Shown: one piece after another, positions 38,314 through 48,318 of the stretch | How positions within the stretch are numbered: the first letter of the stretch is position 1 | Layout: every line of letters begins with the position of its first letter | From: an uncultured virus (IMG/VR IMGVR_UViG_3300042368_000845) | Taxonomy: Duplodnaviria; Heunggongvirae; Uroviricota; Caudoviricetes | Strand: one strand, 5' to 3' | Length of the DNA: 64,000 nucleotides | IMG/VR virus record: IMGVR_UViG_3300042368_000845 | Program-made: the position numbers and the translations under genes | The notes under the pieces: generated by a model | The model's database searches: none | The model's input: only the letters and a program-made list of their open reading frames with translations | Told to the model about the DNA's origin: nothing

Positions 38314-39357
38314 ATGAGTAAAGTGGCACTGATTACTGGAATTTGTGGACAGGATGGATCATATCTAAGTCAATTATTGATATCCAAGGGATATGAGGTT
38401 CATGGTATTATTCGAAGATCTTCTTCTTTTAATACTGGAAGAATCGATCATCTTATAAATGATCCAGAAATTTATAATAAAAAATTATTTTTACATTTTG
38501 GTGATTTGACAGACTTCAATAGTCTTCAAAAAATTATAACAAAATATTCTCCAGATGAAATTTATAATCTTGGTGCTCAAAGCCATGTTAAAGTTTCATT
38601 CGATATGCCAGTATTTACTGGAGAGACAACTGGAATCGGAACATTAAATCTTTTAGAAGCCATACGAACATTTGAAGAACAAACTGGTAAAAAGATTCGA
38701 TATTATCAGGCCAGCAGTTCGGAGATGTATGGTAAGGTTCAAGAAGTTCCTCAAAAAGAAACAACACCGTTTTATCCTCGTTCACCGTATGGATGTGCAA
38801 AAGCTTATGCACATTATCTCACTGTGAATTATCGTGAAAGTTATGATCTACATGCTTCATGTGGAATTTTGTTTAACCACGAAAGTCCGCGTAGAGGAGA
38901 AACATTCGTAACAAGAAAAATCACAAGAGCAGTTGGTAGAATTTATCAAGGATTACAAAAGAAACTATATCTTGGTAATTTAGATGCATATCGTGATTGG
39001 GGATTTGCTGGAGATTATGTTGAAGCCATGTGGCTGATGCTACAGCAAGATAAACCAGATGATTATGTTGTTGCAACTGGTAAGATGATTACCGTAAGAG
39101 AATTCTGTCAAAAAGCTTTTGCAAGATATAGTATGAATTATTTGGATTATGTTGAAGTTGATGAAAAATATTATCGTCCAGCAGAAGTAGATCAATTATT
39201 GGGAGATTCAACTAAAGCTAAAAGTAAATTAGCTTGGACACCAAAGGTTAATATCAATGAATTGATTGACATGATGACAGATCATGATTTTGAACTTGCC
39301 AGAAAAGAACGAATCATAGAAATATATGATAAAAAATTAAATCCAACTGGCCCATGA
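38314..39357 (+). CDS. gmd: GDP-mannose 4,6-dehydratase
   Basis: [68 protein letters not shown]-17-TAAAAT promoter at 38262-38290. Confidence 0.95.
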   Translation: MSKVALITGICGQDGSYLSQLLISKGYEVHGIIRRSSSFNTGRIDHLINDPEIYNKKLFLHFGDLTDFNSLQKIITKYSPDEIYNLGAQSHVKVSFDMPVFTGETTGIGTLNLLEAIRTFEEQTGKKIRYYQASSSEMYGKVQEVPQKETTPFYPRSPYGCAKAYAHYLTVNYRESYDLHASCGILFNHESPRRGETFVTRKITRAVGRIYQGLQKKLYLGNLDAYRDWGFAGDYVEAMWLMLQQDKPDDYVVATGKMITVREFCQKAFARYSMNYLDYVEVDEKYYRPAEVDQLLGDSTKAKSKLAWTPKVNINELIDMMTDHDFELARKERIIEIYDKKLNPTGP

Positions 39358-39371
39358 TTTTAATAAAATAA

Positions 39372-39399
39372 TTGACACCACAATTAATTCTGATATAAT
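39372..39399 (+). promoter_or_regulatory. Sigma70-like early promoter for gp43B-UvsX-helicase operon
   Basis: TTGACA-16 nt-TATAAT with TG extended -10; same layout as 29197. Confidence 0.75.
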
Positions 39400-39405
39400 G
39401 CAGAC

Positions 39406-39633
39406 ATGAAATATGGTCTGCATTTTACCAATACCTCGAAAGAAGAAGATTGGCTCAGGGAATCAGATAAGTCTATATGTATTTGGAATAGTGCTGATGA
39501 AGCAGATGATTGGCGTAAGAAACATACAGTAAATCCTAAGATTTATGATGTTAAAAAAGTAACGCCAAAAATAATTAAAGAAGATCAAGAAAAATATGGA
39601 AGTAACAATGAACGATCTTTCAAAATTGAGTGA
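39406..39633 (+). CDS. Hypothetical protein
   Basis: First ORF after the promoter; overlaps gp43B start. Confidence 0.55.
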   Translation: MKYGLHFTNTSKEEDWLRESDKSICIWNSADEADDWRKKHTVNPKIYDVKKVTPKIIKEDQEKYGSNNERSFKIE

Positions 39634-40723
39634 TAATGAATTGTTATCATTGAAGCATAAAACAGAATTAGATATTTCAAAGTATCATAATTTTCAGTTA
39701 GTCCGTAAAATTCAATTGAATTCAGCTTACGGTGCTATTGGTAATGCGTATTTTAGATTCTATAATACTGATTTGGCCGAGGCAATCACATTGTCAGGCC
39801 AATTGTCTATTCAATGGATTGGAAATAGATTAAATGAATTAATTAATAAAGTAACTAATTCAGATAATAAGGATTTTATCATTGCATCAGACACAGATTC
39901 AATTTATCTTAAAATTGATGATGTCGTAAATCAATATGCATCTAATAAATCAATTATAGAAAAAATTGATTATATTGATTCATCATCTAAAAATATCATT
40001 TTGCCATATATTGAAAAGCAGTTCGACAGTCTAGCAAATATGATGAATGCATTTGAAAATAGAATTGTTATGGCAAGAGAAGTTATTGCAGACAAGGGTG
40101 TATGGACTGCAAAAAAGAGATATATGTTAAATGTCTGGGATTCAGAAGGCGTTCGTTATAGTCAACCTAAACAAAAAATCATGGGAATTGAAACTTCACG
40201 ATCATCTACTCCAGAGGTTGTTCGTAAAGAATTAAAGAATGCCATCAGCATTATTCTCAACAAAGATGAAAATGAATTGATTGACTTTGTTGCAAAATTC
40301 AAATCTAAATTCATGAAAATGAGTGTAGAGGAAATTTCTTTTCCACGTAGTGTAAATGGACTTGATAAGTATAGAGATTCTTCTCAAATTTATAAATTGA
40401 AGACTCCTATTCAGGTAAAGGCTGCTTTGTTGTATAATCATTACATCAAGGAAATGAAATTGAGTATGAAATATACTAAAATTTCAGAAGGTGAAAAGAT
40501 TAAATTTGTATATCTTAAAAAGCCCAATCCATTGGCAGGAACACAGGGAGAAGATTGTGTAATTGGATTCCCGAATAAAATGCCAAAAGAGTTTGATCTT
40601 GACAAATTTATTGATCGTGAAAAACAATTTGAAAAAGCATTTCTTGATCCACTGATAAAGATTCTAGATATCATTGGATGGAAGGCAGAAAAAACAAACA
40701 CTCTAGAATCACTTTTTATATGA
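39596..40723 (+). CDS. Family B DNA polymerase, C-terminal subunit (gp43B: second finger helix, palm motifs B/C, thumb, clamp-binding tail)
   Basis: KIQLNSAYG (motif B), SDTDSIY (motif C), AKKRY, KIMGIE..RSSTP, C-terminal TLESLF; alternative start 39608. Confidence 0.92.
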   Translation: MEVTMNDLSKLSDNELLSLKHKTELDISKYHNFQLVRKIQLNSAYGAIGNAYFRFYNTDLAEAITLSGQLSIQWIGNRLNELINKVTNSDNKDFIIASDTDSIYLKIDDVVNQYASNKSIIEKIDYIDSSSKNIILPYIEKQFDSLANMMNAFENRIVMAREVIADKGVWTAKKRYMLNVWDSEGVRYSQPKQKIMGIETSRSSTPEVVRKELKNAISIILNKDENELIDFVAKFKSKFMKMSVEEISFPRSVNGLDKYRDSSQIYKLKTPIQVKAALLYNHYIKEMKLSMKYTKISEGEKIKFVYLKKPNPLAGTQGEDCVIGFPNKMPKEFDLDKFIDREKQFEKAFLDPLIKILDIIGWKAEKTNTLESLFI

Positions 40724-40731
40724 GGTAAAAC

Positions 40732-41760
40732 ATGTCTGATTTTTTAAGCAAAATGATTAAATCTTCTGGTAATAAATTCGCATCTATCGTTGATGATGGT
40801 CTTGATGGAAGCGATGTTACTGGTTTCACTGATACTGGTAGTATGATGCTAAATGCACTTCTGTCAGGATCACTTTATGGTGGTATGGCAAACAACAAAA
40901 TCGTAGCATTGGCAGGAGAAGCCGCCACTGGTAAAACTTATTTTACCATCGGTATTCTTTCAAAGTTCCTTCAAGATAATCCTGAAGGCGTTGTAGTATA
41001 CTTTGATACAGAACAAGCAGTGACATCTGATATGTTCAAGAGTCGTGGTGTTGATCCTAAACGTGTTGCTGTATTTCCTGTAGCAACAATCGAAGAATTT
41101 AGATTCCAATCAATTAAAATCGTAGATGATTATTTGAATGAAGAAGAATCTAATAGGAAGCCTATGATGATTGTTCTTGATTCTCTTGGTATGTTGTCAA
41201 CCTCTAAAGAAATCAATGATACAACAGAAGGTAAAGAAGTTCGTGATATGACACGTGCTCAAGTTATCAAGTCTACTTTCCGAGTCTTGACTCTAAAACT
41301 TGGAAAGGCAAAGATTCCAATGATTATGACTAATCATACGTACTCCATCGTGGGTGCTTATGTTCCTACCTCTGAAATGGGTGGTGGTACAGGTCTTAAG
41401 TATGCTGCATCAACAATTGTATATTTGAGTAAGAAGAAGGATAAGGATAGTGAAGGTGATATTGTTGGTAATATCATTAATTGTAAGTTGTATAAATCAC
41501 GCTTCACTAAAGAAAATAAAACTGTTTCGGTTAAACTGAATTACGAAACTGGTCTTGATCGTTATTATGGATTAGTTGACCTTGCTCTTGAATCTGGTGT
41601 CTTTACAAAGACAAGTACTCGTATTACACTACCAGATGGAAGCACTGCATTTGAAAAGAACATCTACGAAAATCCAGAAAAGTATTTCACAAAAGAAGTT
41701 CTAGAAAAATTGGAAAAAGCAGCAAGTAAAGAATTTAAATATGGCTCAAGTGAACTTTGA
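40732..41760 (+). CDS. uvsX: UvsX RecA-like recombinase
   Basis: [42 protein letters not shown]. Confidence 0.9.
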   Translation: MSDFLSKMIKSSGNKFASIVDDGLDGSDVTGFTDTGSMMLNALLSGSLYGGMANNKIVALAGEAATGKTYFTIGILSKFLQDNPEGVVVYFDTEQAVTSDMFKSRGVDPKRVAVFPVATIEEFRFQSIKIVDDYLNEEESNRKPMMIVLDSLGMLSTSKEINDTTEGKEVRDMTRAQVIKSTFRVLTLKLGKAKIPMIMTNHTYSIVGAYVPTSEMGGGTGLKYAASTIVYLSKKKDKDSEGDIVGNIINCKLYKSRFTKENKTVSVKLNYETGLDRYYGLVDLALESGVFTKTSTRITLPDGSTAFEKNIYENPEKYFTKEVLEKLEKAASKEFKYGSSEL

Positions 41761-43138
41761 AAAAATCATCTTACATAATCTAATTAAAAATGAAGTATAT
41801 TCACGAAAGATTACTCCATTTTTATCTAAAGATTATTTTCACAATCGTATAGATAAAATTCTATTTGGAATCATTACAGAATTCATTCTGCAATATAATA
41901 ATTTGCCATCAAAGGATGCTTTGTTGGTTATTGTAGATAAGAATAAGTCATTGAATGAAGATGATCATGATAAGATTCTTGAATTGATATATGAAATTGA
42001 TCAAACAAGAGAAGAGTCTGATTTAACATGGTTGTATGAAGAGACAGAAAACTTCTGTAAAGAGAAGGCAGTCTATAATGCGATCATGGAATCTATCCAT
42101 ATCATCGATGGGAAAAAGGAAACACCTAAAACGGCTATCCCAGATATTCTCTCGAAAGCACTGGCAGTATCTTTTGATTCTCATATTGGTCATGATTATT
42201 ATGAGGATTATGGAAAGCGATTTGATTTTTATCACACAGAAGAAAAACGAATTGCATTTGATCTAGAATATTTTAATATGATCACACGGGGTGGTATGCC
42301 TTCAAAAACACTATCTGTCGTCATGGCAGGAACTGGTGTGGGTAAATCATTGTTCTTGTGTCACCATGCTGCTAATTGTCTGAAGAATCATCAAAATGTG
42401 TTGTATATCACATGTGAAATGTCAGAAGAAAAGATTGCAGAACGAATTGACGCAAATATTCTTGATATTACTATGGACGAATTAAAAACCCTACCATTAC
42501 AACTTTATGAGAAGAAAATTCAGAATGCTTGTTCTGGGTTTAAGGGTAAATTAATTATTAAAGAATATCCAACAGCAACCGCAAGTGCAAATCATTTTAG
42601 ATTTCTATTGGATGAACTTTGGTTAAAGAAAAAATTTAAACCAGATGTTATATTTATTGATTACTTAAATATTTGTGCGTCATCACGAATCAAGGGTGGT
42701 TCTAATGTAAATTCTTATACTTATGTAAAAGCAATTGCTGAAGAATTACGTGGTATTGCAGTTGAGTATAATGTACCGTTATTTACGGCTACACAGACAA
42801 ATCGTGATGGTTATTCTAACAGTGATCCTGATCTTACAAATACTTCTGAATCTTTTGGTCTTCCAGCAACAGCAGATTTTATGTTTGCTTTAATTAGCAC
42901 AGAAGAACTAGAAGAAATGAATCAAGTAATGGTAAAACAATTAAAGAACCGTTATAATGATACTTATCAGAATCGTAAATTTATCATTGGAATCAATCGA
43001 CCAAAGATGAAATTGTTTGATGTTGAAAAATCAACAGCTGTTGTAATGAAGAAAAAAGAAACTCCTGATACTTTCTTTATAGAAAAACCAAAAAAGCCAT
43101 CATTGAATAAAACAAATGTTTCTGAATGGAATTTCTGA
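41741..43138 (+). CDS. gp41 replicative DNA helicase
   Basis: [50 protein letters not shown]; no intein seen. Confidence 0.92.
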   Translation: MAQVNFEKIILHNLIKNEVYSRKITPFLSKDYFHNRIDKILFGIITEFILQYNNLPSKDALLVIVDKNKSLNEDDHDKILELIYEIDQTREESDLTWLYEETENFCKEKAVYNAIMESIHIIDGKKETPKTAIPDILSKALAVSFDSHIGHDYYEDYGKRFDFYHTEEKRIAFDLEYFNMITRGGMPSKTLSVVMAGTGVGKSLFLCHHAANCLKNHQNVLYITCEMSEEKIAERIDANILDITMDELKTLPLQLYEKKIQNACSGFKGKLIIKEYPTATASANHFRFLLDELWLKKKFKPDVIFIDYLNICASSRIKGGSNVNSYTYVKAIAEELRGIAVEYNVPLFTATQTNRDGYSNSDPDLTNTSESFGLPATADFMFALISTEELEEMNQVMVKQLKNRYNDTYQNRKFIIGINRPKMKLFDVEKSTAVVMKKKETPDTFFIEKPKKPSLNKTNVSEWNF

Positions 43139-44136
43139 TGTCAATATTTGTTGATAAAAAATATATTAATTTAATATCTGGTCACTTTGAAAAATTTAAA
43201 TGGAAAAGTGATAAGTTAGCAAATTGTAGATGTAAATTTTGTGGTGATTCAACCACAAACAAAAATAAGGCACGTGGTTATTTTTATGTAAAAAATAATA
43301 GTTTTTTCTACAAGTGTCATAATTGTAATATTGGTTATAGTCTTTATAGCATAATCAATGAAGTCTCACCTTCATTGAGTAAAGAATATAACGCAGAAAA
43401 CTTTCTTGAAAGAAATAATTTTAAGAAAGATACTGTTCGTGTAGAAATTCCAGCCCCCATTGAGATTAAACATCATTTAAATATTATTCCAATCACAGAA
43501 CTGGAAGAATCCCATAAGGCAAGGAAATTTATTCAGGACAGAAAGATTCCAGTAGAACATTGGAAAAATATCGGATTTGCAAAGAATTTTGCAAAAATTG
43601 CAGAAGAATTCGATTCGTCATATAAAAATAGATTTGCTGATGAAGAAAGAATCATAATTCTTATTCGTAGTCAGATGGGTATCTGTGGAATACAAGGACG
43701 TTCATTTTCGAATAACCGAATGAAGTATATAACCTTAAAGAAAGAAAATAGATCATGTTTTTACAACTACGATATGGTTGATAAATCAAAAAAATTTTAT
43801 GTTCTTGAAGGTCCAATTGATTCTATGTTTATTGATAATTCTATAGCAACACTTGGAATGAGCGGATTTAAGACATTGAATGAAAAGATAGACGATACAA
43901 ATGCGGTGTATGTTGTAGATAATCAGCCTTATAACAAAGAGGTTGTTGATACAATTGAATATTTAATTGAAAATGGCAAAAAGGTTTGCATATTTCCAGA
44001 AAATATCAAGGAAAAAGATATTAATGATATGGTTCTTGCAAATTTGAAACCAAACGATATAATAGACGAACATACTTATAGTGGATTGGAAGCTAGATTA
44101 GTATTTAATAACTGGAAAAAATATGCAAAACGATGA
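43138..44136 (+). CDS. gp61 DNA primase
   Basis: RCKFCGDS..KARG, YKCHNC zinc finger; QGR; VLEGPIDSMF; KDINDM. Confidence 0.9.
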   Translation: MSIFVDKKYINLISGHFEKFKWKSDKLANCRCKFCGDSTTNKNKARGYFYVKNNSFFYKCHNCNIGYSLYSIINEVSPSLSKEYNAENFLERNNFKKDTVRVEIPAPIEIKHHLNIIPITELEESHKARKFIQDRKIPVEHWKNIGFAKNFAKIAEEFDSSYKNRFADEERIIILIRSQMGICGIQGRSFSNNRMKYITLKKENRSCFYNYDMVDKSKKFYVLEGPIDSMFIDNSIATLGMSGFKTLNEKIDDTNAVYVVDNQPYNKEVVDTIEYLIENGKKVCIFPENIKEKDINDMVLANLKPNDIIDEHTYSGLEARLVFNNWKKYAKR

Positions 44137-44320
44137 TAATAATGAAGATGAAAAGATGATGGAAGCGTTTATGTCATTCACATCTCTCTTTTCAAAATAT
44201 GTAAAGGAAAACGATATTGATCTTTTCAAAAGGGCTGTTGATTATGCAAAGACCTATACTGAAGAAGATGTAAGTGGTATTGTTTTCAACTATGTTGATG
44301 AGGAGCCAAATGAACAATAA
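44123..44320 (+). CDS. Small acidic hypothetical protein
   Basis: ORF bridging primase and thyX. Confidence 0.5.
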   Translation: MQNDDNNEDEKMMEAFMSFTSLFSKYVKENDIDLFKRAVDYAKTYTEEDVSGIVFNYVDEEPNEQ

Positions 44321-45008
44321 GATTGATGTTTTAGATTATGGGCATGTTGAGTTGATTTCCCATATGGGAGATGATCTTACTGTTGTAAATTCAGCACGTG
44401 TTTCTTTCAACAAGGAAAGTGAATGGGATCACCCAGATAGTCATGTCCCTTGCAATATCCTGTCAGAAAAGGACAAGAAACTTATCAATTATCTGGCAAA
44501 ACATCAACATTGGACTCCATTTGCACATCCACAGATTACGCTTCGAATCAAGGCTCCTATTTTTGTTCGTGCTCAACTAGGAAAACACCAAGTTGGTCTT
44601 GTAATGAATGAGGTTTCCCGTAGATATGTTACGGATGAACCACAATTCTATATTCCATTATGGAGAAATGCACCAACCAATGGTGCAAAACAGGGTAGTT
44701 CTGGTGTCATGAAATACCCAGGAGATCTTACCCAGAAATTTGAAAATTTCTGTGATGATGCCTTGGATCTATACAAGGAACTTTTACACGCAGGAGTAGC
44801 CCCAGAACAGGCCCGTGCAGCCCTTCCACAGTCCATGTACACCGAATGGTGGTGGACAGGCTCCCTATCGGCCTACAGCCGCGTATACGCCCAAAGAATT
44901 GATTCCCATGCTCAATGGGAGGTACAGCAGTATGCTAAGGCCATGGGAGAACTAATTGGGCCACTATTTCCAGTGTCATGGAAAACATTAACAGAAACAA
45001 CTAAATAA
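44310..45008 (+). CDS. thyX: FAD-dependent thymidylate synthase
   Basis: VVNSARVSF, HWTPF, APIFVRAQL.KH, NEVSRRY, EQARA.LP, HAQWE. Confidence 0.92.
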   Translation: MNNKIDVLDYGHVELISHMGDDLTVVNSARVSFNKESEWDHPDSHVPCNILSEKDKKLINYLAKHQHWTPFAHPQITLRIKAPIFVRAQLGKHQVGLVMNEVSRRYVTDEPQFYIPLWRNAPTNGAKQGSSGVMKYPGDLTQKFENFCDDALDLYKELLHAGVAPEQARAALPQSMYTEWWWTGSLSAYSRVYAQRIDSHAQWEVQQYAKAMGELIGPLFPVSWKTLTETTK

Positions 45009-45028
45009 GAAGCATTTAAGGAGCATGA

Positions 45029-46954
45029 ATGAATAATTTACCAAGTCAGTATCAGGAATTTATTTACAAGTCACGTTATTCTCGCTGGATAGAATCAGAA
45101 AATAGACGAGAAGAGTGGCCAGAGACAGTAAAGCGTTATTTTGATTTTTTTGAGTCACATCTTAAGGAAAATCAAAGTTATATCTTATCAGCAGAACTTC
45201 GTTCTGAACTCGAATCAGCGGTTCTAAATTTAGAGGTAATGCCATCCATGCGGGCTTTAATGACCGCAGGAGAGGCTTTGAAACGAGATAACGTAGCAGG
45301 ATATAATTGCTCTTATGTGGCCGTAAATAATATTCGTGCCTTTGATGAAATTCTATACGTCCTCATGTGTGGTACTGGCGTTGGATTTAGTGTGGAGAGA
45401 CAATATGTTGAGAAACTTCCTACAATCGCTGAACACTTTACTAATTCAGATACCACTATTATCGTTCAGGACAGCAAAGTTGGTTGGGCTAAAGCATATC
45501 GGGAACTCGTATCCCTACTTATTGGAGGTCAAATTCCAAAATGGGATGTGTCTAAAGTACGTCCTGCTGGTGCAAGACTCAAAACATTTGGTGGTCGAGC
45601 TTCGGGGCCAAGACCCCTCGTTGATCTCTTTCAATTCACCGTTGATACTTTTAAGAGAGCGGCAGGAAGAAAGCTTACTTCCATCGAATGTCACGATATT
45701 GTTTGCAAGATCGCAGAGATTGTCGTTGTCGGAGGCGTTAGACGCTCTGCGCTTATTTCTTTGTCCAATCTCACGGACGAACGAATGCGAGATGCTAAAA
45801 GCGGTGCTTGGTGGGAACAAAACCCTCAACGAGCCTTGGCAAATAATTCAGTTGCCTATAAAGAGAAGCCAGAAATTGGAATTTTCATGGAAGAATGGAT
45901 CTCTCTCTATAAGTCCAAAAGTGGTGAAAGAGGCATCTTCAATAGAGAAGCGGCAAAGAAAACTGTTGCAAAACTAGGTGATCGTCGTGATTCTTCCTAT
46001 GACTTCGGAACGAATCCATGTTCAGAAATTATTCTTCGTGATCGTGAATTCTGTAATCTTACAGAAGTTGTAATTCGTGCGGATGATACACAAGATAGTG
46101 TTGCTCGCAAGATACGAATTGCAAGTATTCTTGGTACTTGGCAAGCATCACTTACCCACTTCCCGTATCTCTCTTCTACATGGAAGAAGAATTGTGAAGA
46201 AGAAGCACTCCTTGGTGTTTCTCTTACAGGTATTTTAGATAATCCATTAATGGGTAGTAAGGATCACCGTCTATTATCTGGAGTTCTAGAAGATCTTAAG
46301 AAAGTAGCAATTGATGCAAACAAGGAATGGTCTGATAAACTTGGTATAAATCCTGCTGCTGCAATTACTTGTGTAAAGCCTTCGGGAACAGTTAGTCAAT
46401 TGACCGATGCTGCGTCTGGTATTCATGCTCGTCACAGCGAATATTACATTCGTACAGTTCGTGCGGATCGTAAGGATCCATTGTGTCAGATGATGATTGA
46501 TCTTGGATTCCCCGCAGAACCATGCGTAATGAAACCAGATCATACAATGGTATTCTCATTCCCAATGAAGGCAGTTGGTTCAATTACTCGTAATGATTTG
46601 ACTGCAATTGAACATCTTGAATTGTGGTTGACATATCAACGTCATTGGTGTGAACATAAACCATCCATTACCATAACTGTTCGTGAACATGAATGGATGG
46701 AGGTTGGTGCTTGGGTATATAAGCACTTCGATGAGATTAGCGGTATTTCTTTCTTACCACACTCCGATCACTCATATCGTCAAGCACCATATCAGGAATG
46801 CACTGAGATCGCATATACTACATTATCTGTGGAAATGCCTAAGAATGTAGATTGGTCGCTTCTCAAGAATTATGAAAAAGAAGATAAGACTGTAGGTACA
46901 CAGACATATGCGTGTAGTGGTGATAAATGTGAACTTGTTGATCTTACTACATAA
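45029..46954 (+). CDS. nrdJ: Class II (B12-dependent) ribonucleotide reductase
   Basis: YNC, GTGVGFS, GGVRRSA, TNPCSEI, TCVKPSGT, C-terminal AC.G..C. Confidence 0.9.
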   Translation: MNNLPSQYQEFIYKSRYSRWIESENRREEWPETVKRYFDFFESHLKENQSYILSAELRSELESAVLNLEVMPSMRALMTAGEALKRDNVAGYNCSYVAVNNIRAFDEILYVLMCGTGVGFSVERQYVEKLPTIAEHFTNSDTTIIVQDSKVGWAKAYRELVSLLIGGQIPKWDVSKVRPAGARLKTFGGRASGPRPLVDLFQFTVDTFKRAAGRKLTSIECHDIVCKIAEIVVVGGVRRSALISLSNLTDERMRDAKSGAWWEQNPQRALANNSVAYKEKPEIGIFMEEWISLYKSKSGERGIFNREAAKKTVAKLGDRRDSSYDFGTNPCSEIILRDREFCNLTEVVIRADDTQDSVARKIRIASILGTWQASLTHFPYLSSTWKKNCEEEALLGVSLTGILDNPLMGSKDHRLLSGVLEDLKKVAIDANKEWSDKLGINPAAAITCVKPSGTVSQLTDAASGIHARHSEYYIRTVRADRKDPLCQMMIDLGFPAEPCVMKPDHTMVFSFPMKAVGSITRNDLTAIEHLELWLTYQRHWCEHKPSITITVREHEWMEVGAWVYKHFDEISGISFLPHSDHSYRQAPYQECTEIAYTTLSVEMPKNVDWSLLKNYEKEDKTVGTQTYACSGDKCELVDLTT

Positions 46955-46988
46955 CAATAACCCCACTTGAGATAGCATCTCAGGTCCG

Positions 46989-47019
46989 ACAACCCCCTAC
47001 TAGTGGGGGTTGTTTCTTT
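46989..47019 (+). terminator. Intrinsic terminator
   Basis: ACAACCCCC-TACTAGT-GGGGGTTGT followed by TTCTTT. Confidence 0.75.
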
Positions 47020-47055
47020 ATAAATATTTTAACAAATTATCAAAAGGAAAATCTC

Positions 47056-48099
47056 ATGGCACTACTAAAATACTACAACTCAAAAATACATGATCTTTAT
47101 CTTTATGATCGTTTAGCAACCACAACTCAGTCATCTATTCCTGTTGGATATAATCCAGATTGCCAATCATATGGAATTGCTGATTTTTCTGGTTGTTGTG
47201 CCAGAAATCGACATTTTTGTACTTTAATTGGAATTACATATGGTGTTCAATTTGATCGTGAAAATGTTAATTTTTGGAATTGTTGTGCATACAGAGGAGT
47301 TCTTATCTCTCCAAAACATATGATTATTTGTGAACATTTCCGTGGACCAAGACCAGATCCAAATGATAATACATCTGGAATTGTTCTTCTTGGTAAATCT
47401 GGTATTCGTCATACTGTTAAAGTTGTTGCTGTAACTTTAAGTATAGGTTCCGACCAAACACTACTTGAGTTTGATCAACCAGTTCCAGAAGGAGAATTTT
47501 ATATTTACAATAAGATCGCTGATCCTGCTTATGTTCCTAATGGAACACATATATGGGTTCAAGATTCTAATGGAAAAATTTATAAAAGAATTTTCAAAAA
47601 GGCAATATTTGTTGATGGAAAATTAACAGCGTGGCAAAGTGATCCATGTATTGATGGTATAAATGATGGTCCTCATACAAGTGGAGATCCTGCAATATTC
47701 GTCGGTGATTCTGGTTCTCCCGCATTTGTTGTTAATTCAGAAGGAGAAACACTTCTATTAGGTTTAATGTATGGTGGACCTAATTTCCCACAAAAGACAA
47801 TTGATAATATTAATGCAAAACTAAATCCACACGGATATAGTGTCAGTTTAGAAAAAATGACAGCACTTCCACAGGATTTAAATCAAGATGGAAAAATAGA
47901 CAGTGTAGATTTGAGTATCTTTATGTCTAATTGGGAAGTAAATGGTGAAATCGCTGATTTTAACAAAGATGGAAAAGTTGATGCTGAAGATATGTCAGAA
48001 CTTCTTTCTAAGTGGGGTAGTTATGATTTATCTTCTAGTGCAGTTCATTATACTACTACGGTTACTCCAATAGATCCAAATAATACTAAAAGAATCTGA
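47056..48099 (+). CDS. Trypsin-like serine protease with C-terminal dockerin/EF-hand-like pair
   Basis: GVLISPKH...EH, GDSGSP; DLNQDGKIDSVDL..W and ADFNKDGKVDAEDM..LL..WG; TATAAATA at 47019-47026. Confidence 0.75.
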   Translation: MALLKYYNSKIHDLYLYDRLATTTQSSIPVGYNPDCQSYGIADFSGCCARNRHFCTLIGITYGVQFDRENVNFWNCCAYRGVLISPKHMIICEHFRGPRPDPNDNTSGIVLLGKSGIRHTVKVVAVTLSIGSDQTLLEFDQPVPEGEFYIYNKIADPAYVPNGTHIWVQDSNGKIYKRIFKKAIFVDGKLTAWQSDPCIDGINDGPHTSGDPAIFVGDSGSPAFVVNSEGETLLLGLMYGGPNFPQKTIDNINAKLNPHGYSVSLEKMTALPQDLNQDGKIDSVDLSIFMSNWEVNGEIADFNKDGKVDAEDMSELLSKWGSYDLSSSAVHYTTTVTPIDPNNTKRI

Positions 48100-48147
48100 G
48101 ATCTTATAAAATAGTTTTTTGCTATAAATACTATAAAGGAGGTTCCT

Positions 48148-48273
48148 ATGGAACTTTTAATGTCAAGCACTTTAGGTACTGTTTTTTATACTGTTGTCGT
48201 CTTTGTAGCAGGAGCACTCATCGGTGGTCCACTTTGGAAATGGATTGATTCCAAACTACCTTGGAATAAGTAA
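48148..48273 (+). CDS. Small late membrane peptide (41 aa)
   Basis: TATAAATA 48123-48130, AAGGAGG RBS, one TM helix, own terminator. Confidence 0.7.
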   Translation: MELLMSSTLGTVFYTVVVFVAGALIGGPLWKWIDSKLPWNK

Positions 48274-48277
48274 AAAA

Positions 48278-48304
48278 GAAACCCCCCAGAAATGGGGGGT
48301 TTTC
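48278..48304. terminator. Bidirectional intrinsic terminator
   Basis: AAACCCCCCA-GAAA-TGGGGGGTTT between convergent genes. Confidence 0.75.
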
Positions 48305-48318
48305 ATTTATCTTGATCT

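Noticed and set aside
31560..39720. Split intein or group I intron explaining the polymerase break
   Set aside because: No Cys/Ser-initiated intein N-fragment at the gp43A end and no HN-C/S motif at the gp43B start; the gap holds independent genes, tRNAs and promoters
45336..45977. 213-aa overlapping ORF inside nrdJ (and 63114-63746 antisense to CobS)
   Set aside because: Shadow frames of conserved genes with no RBS or recognisable motifs
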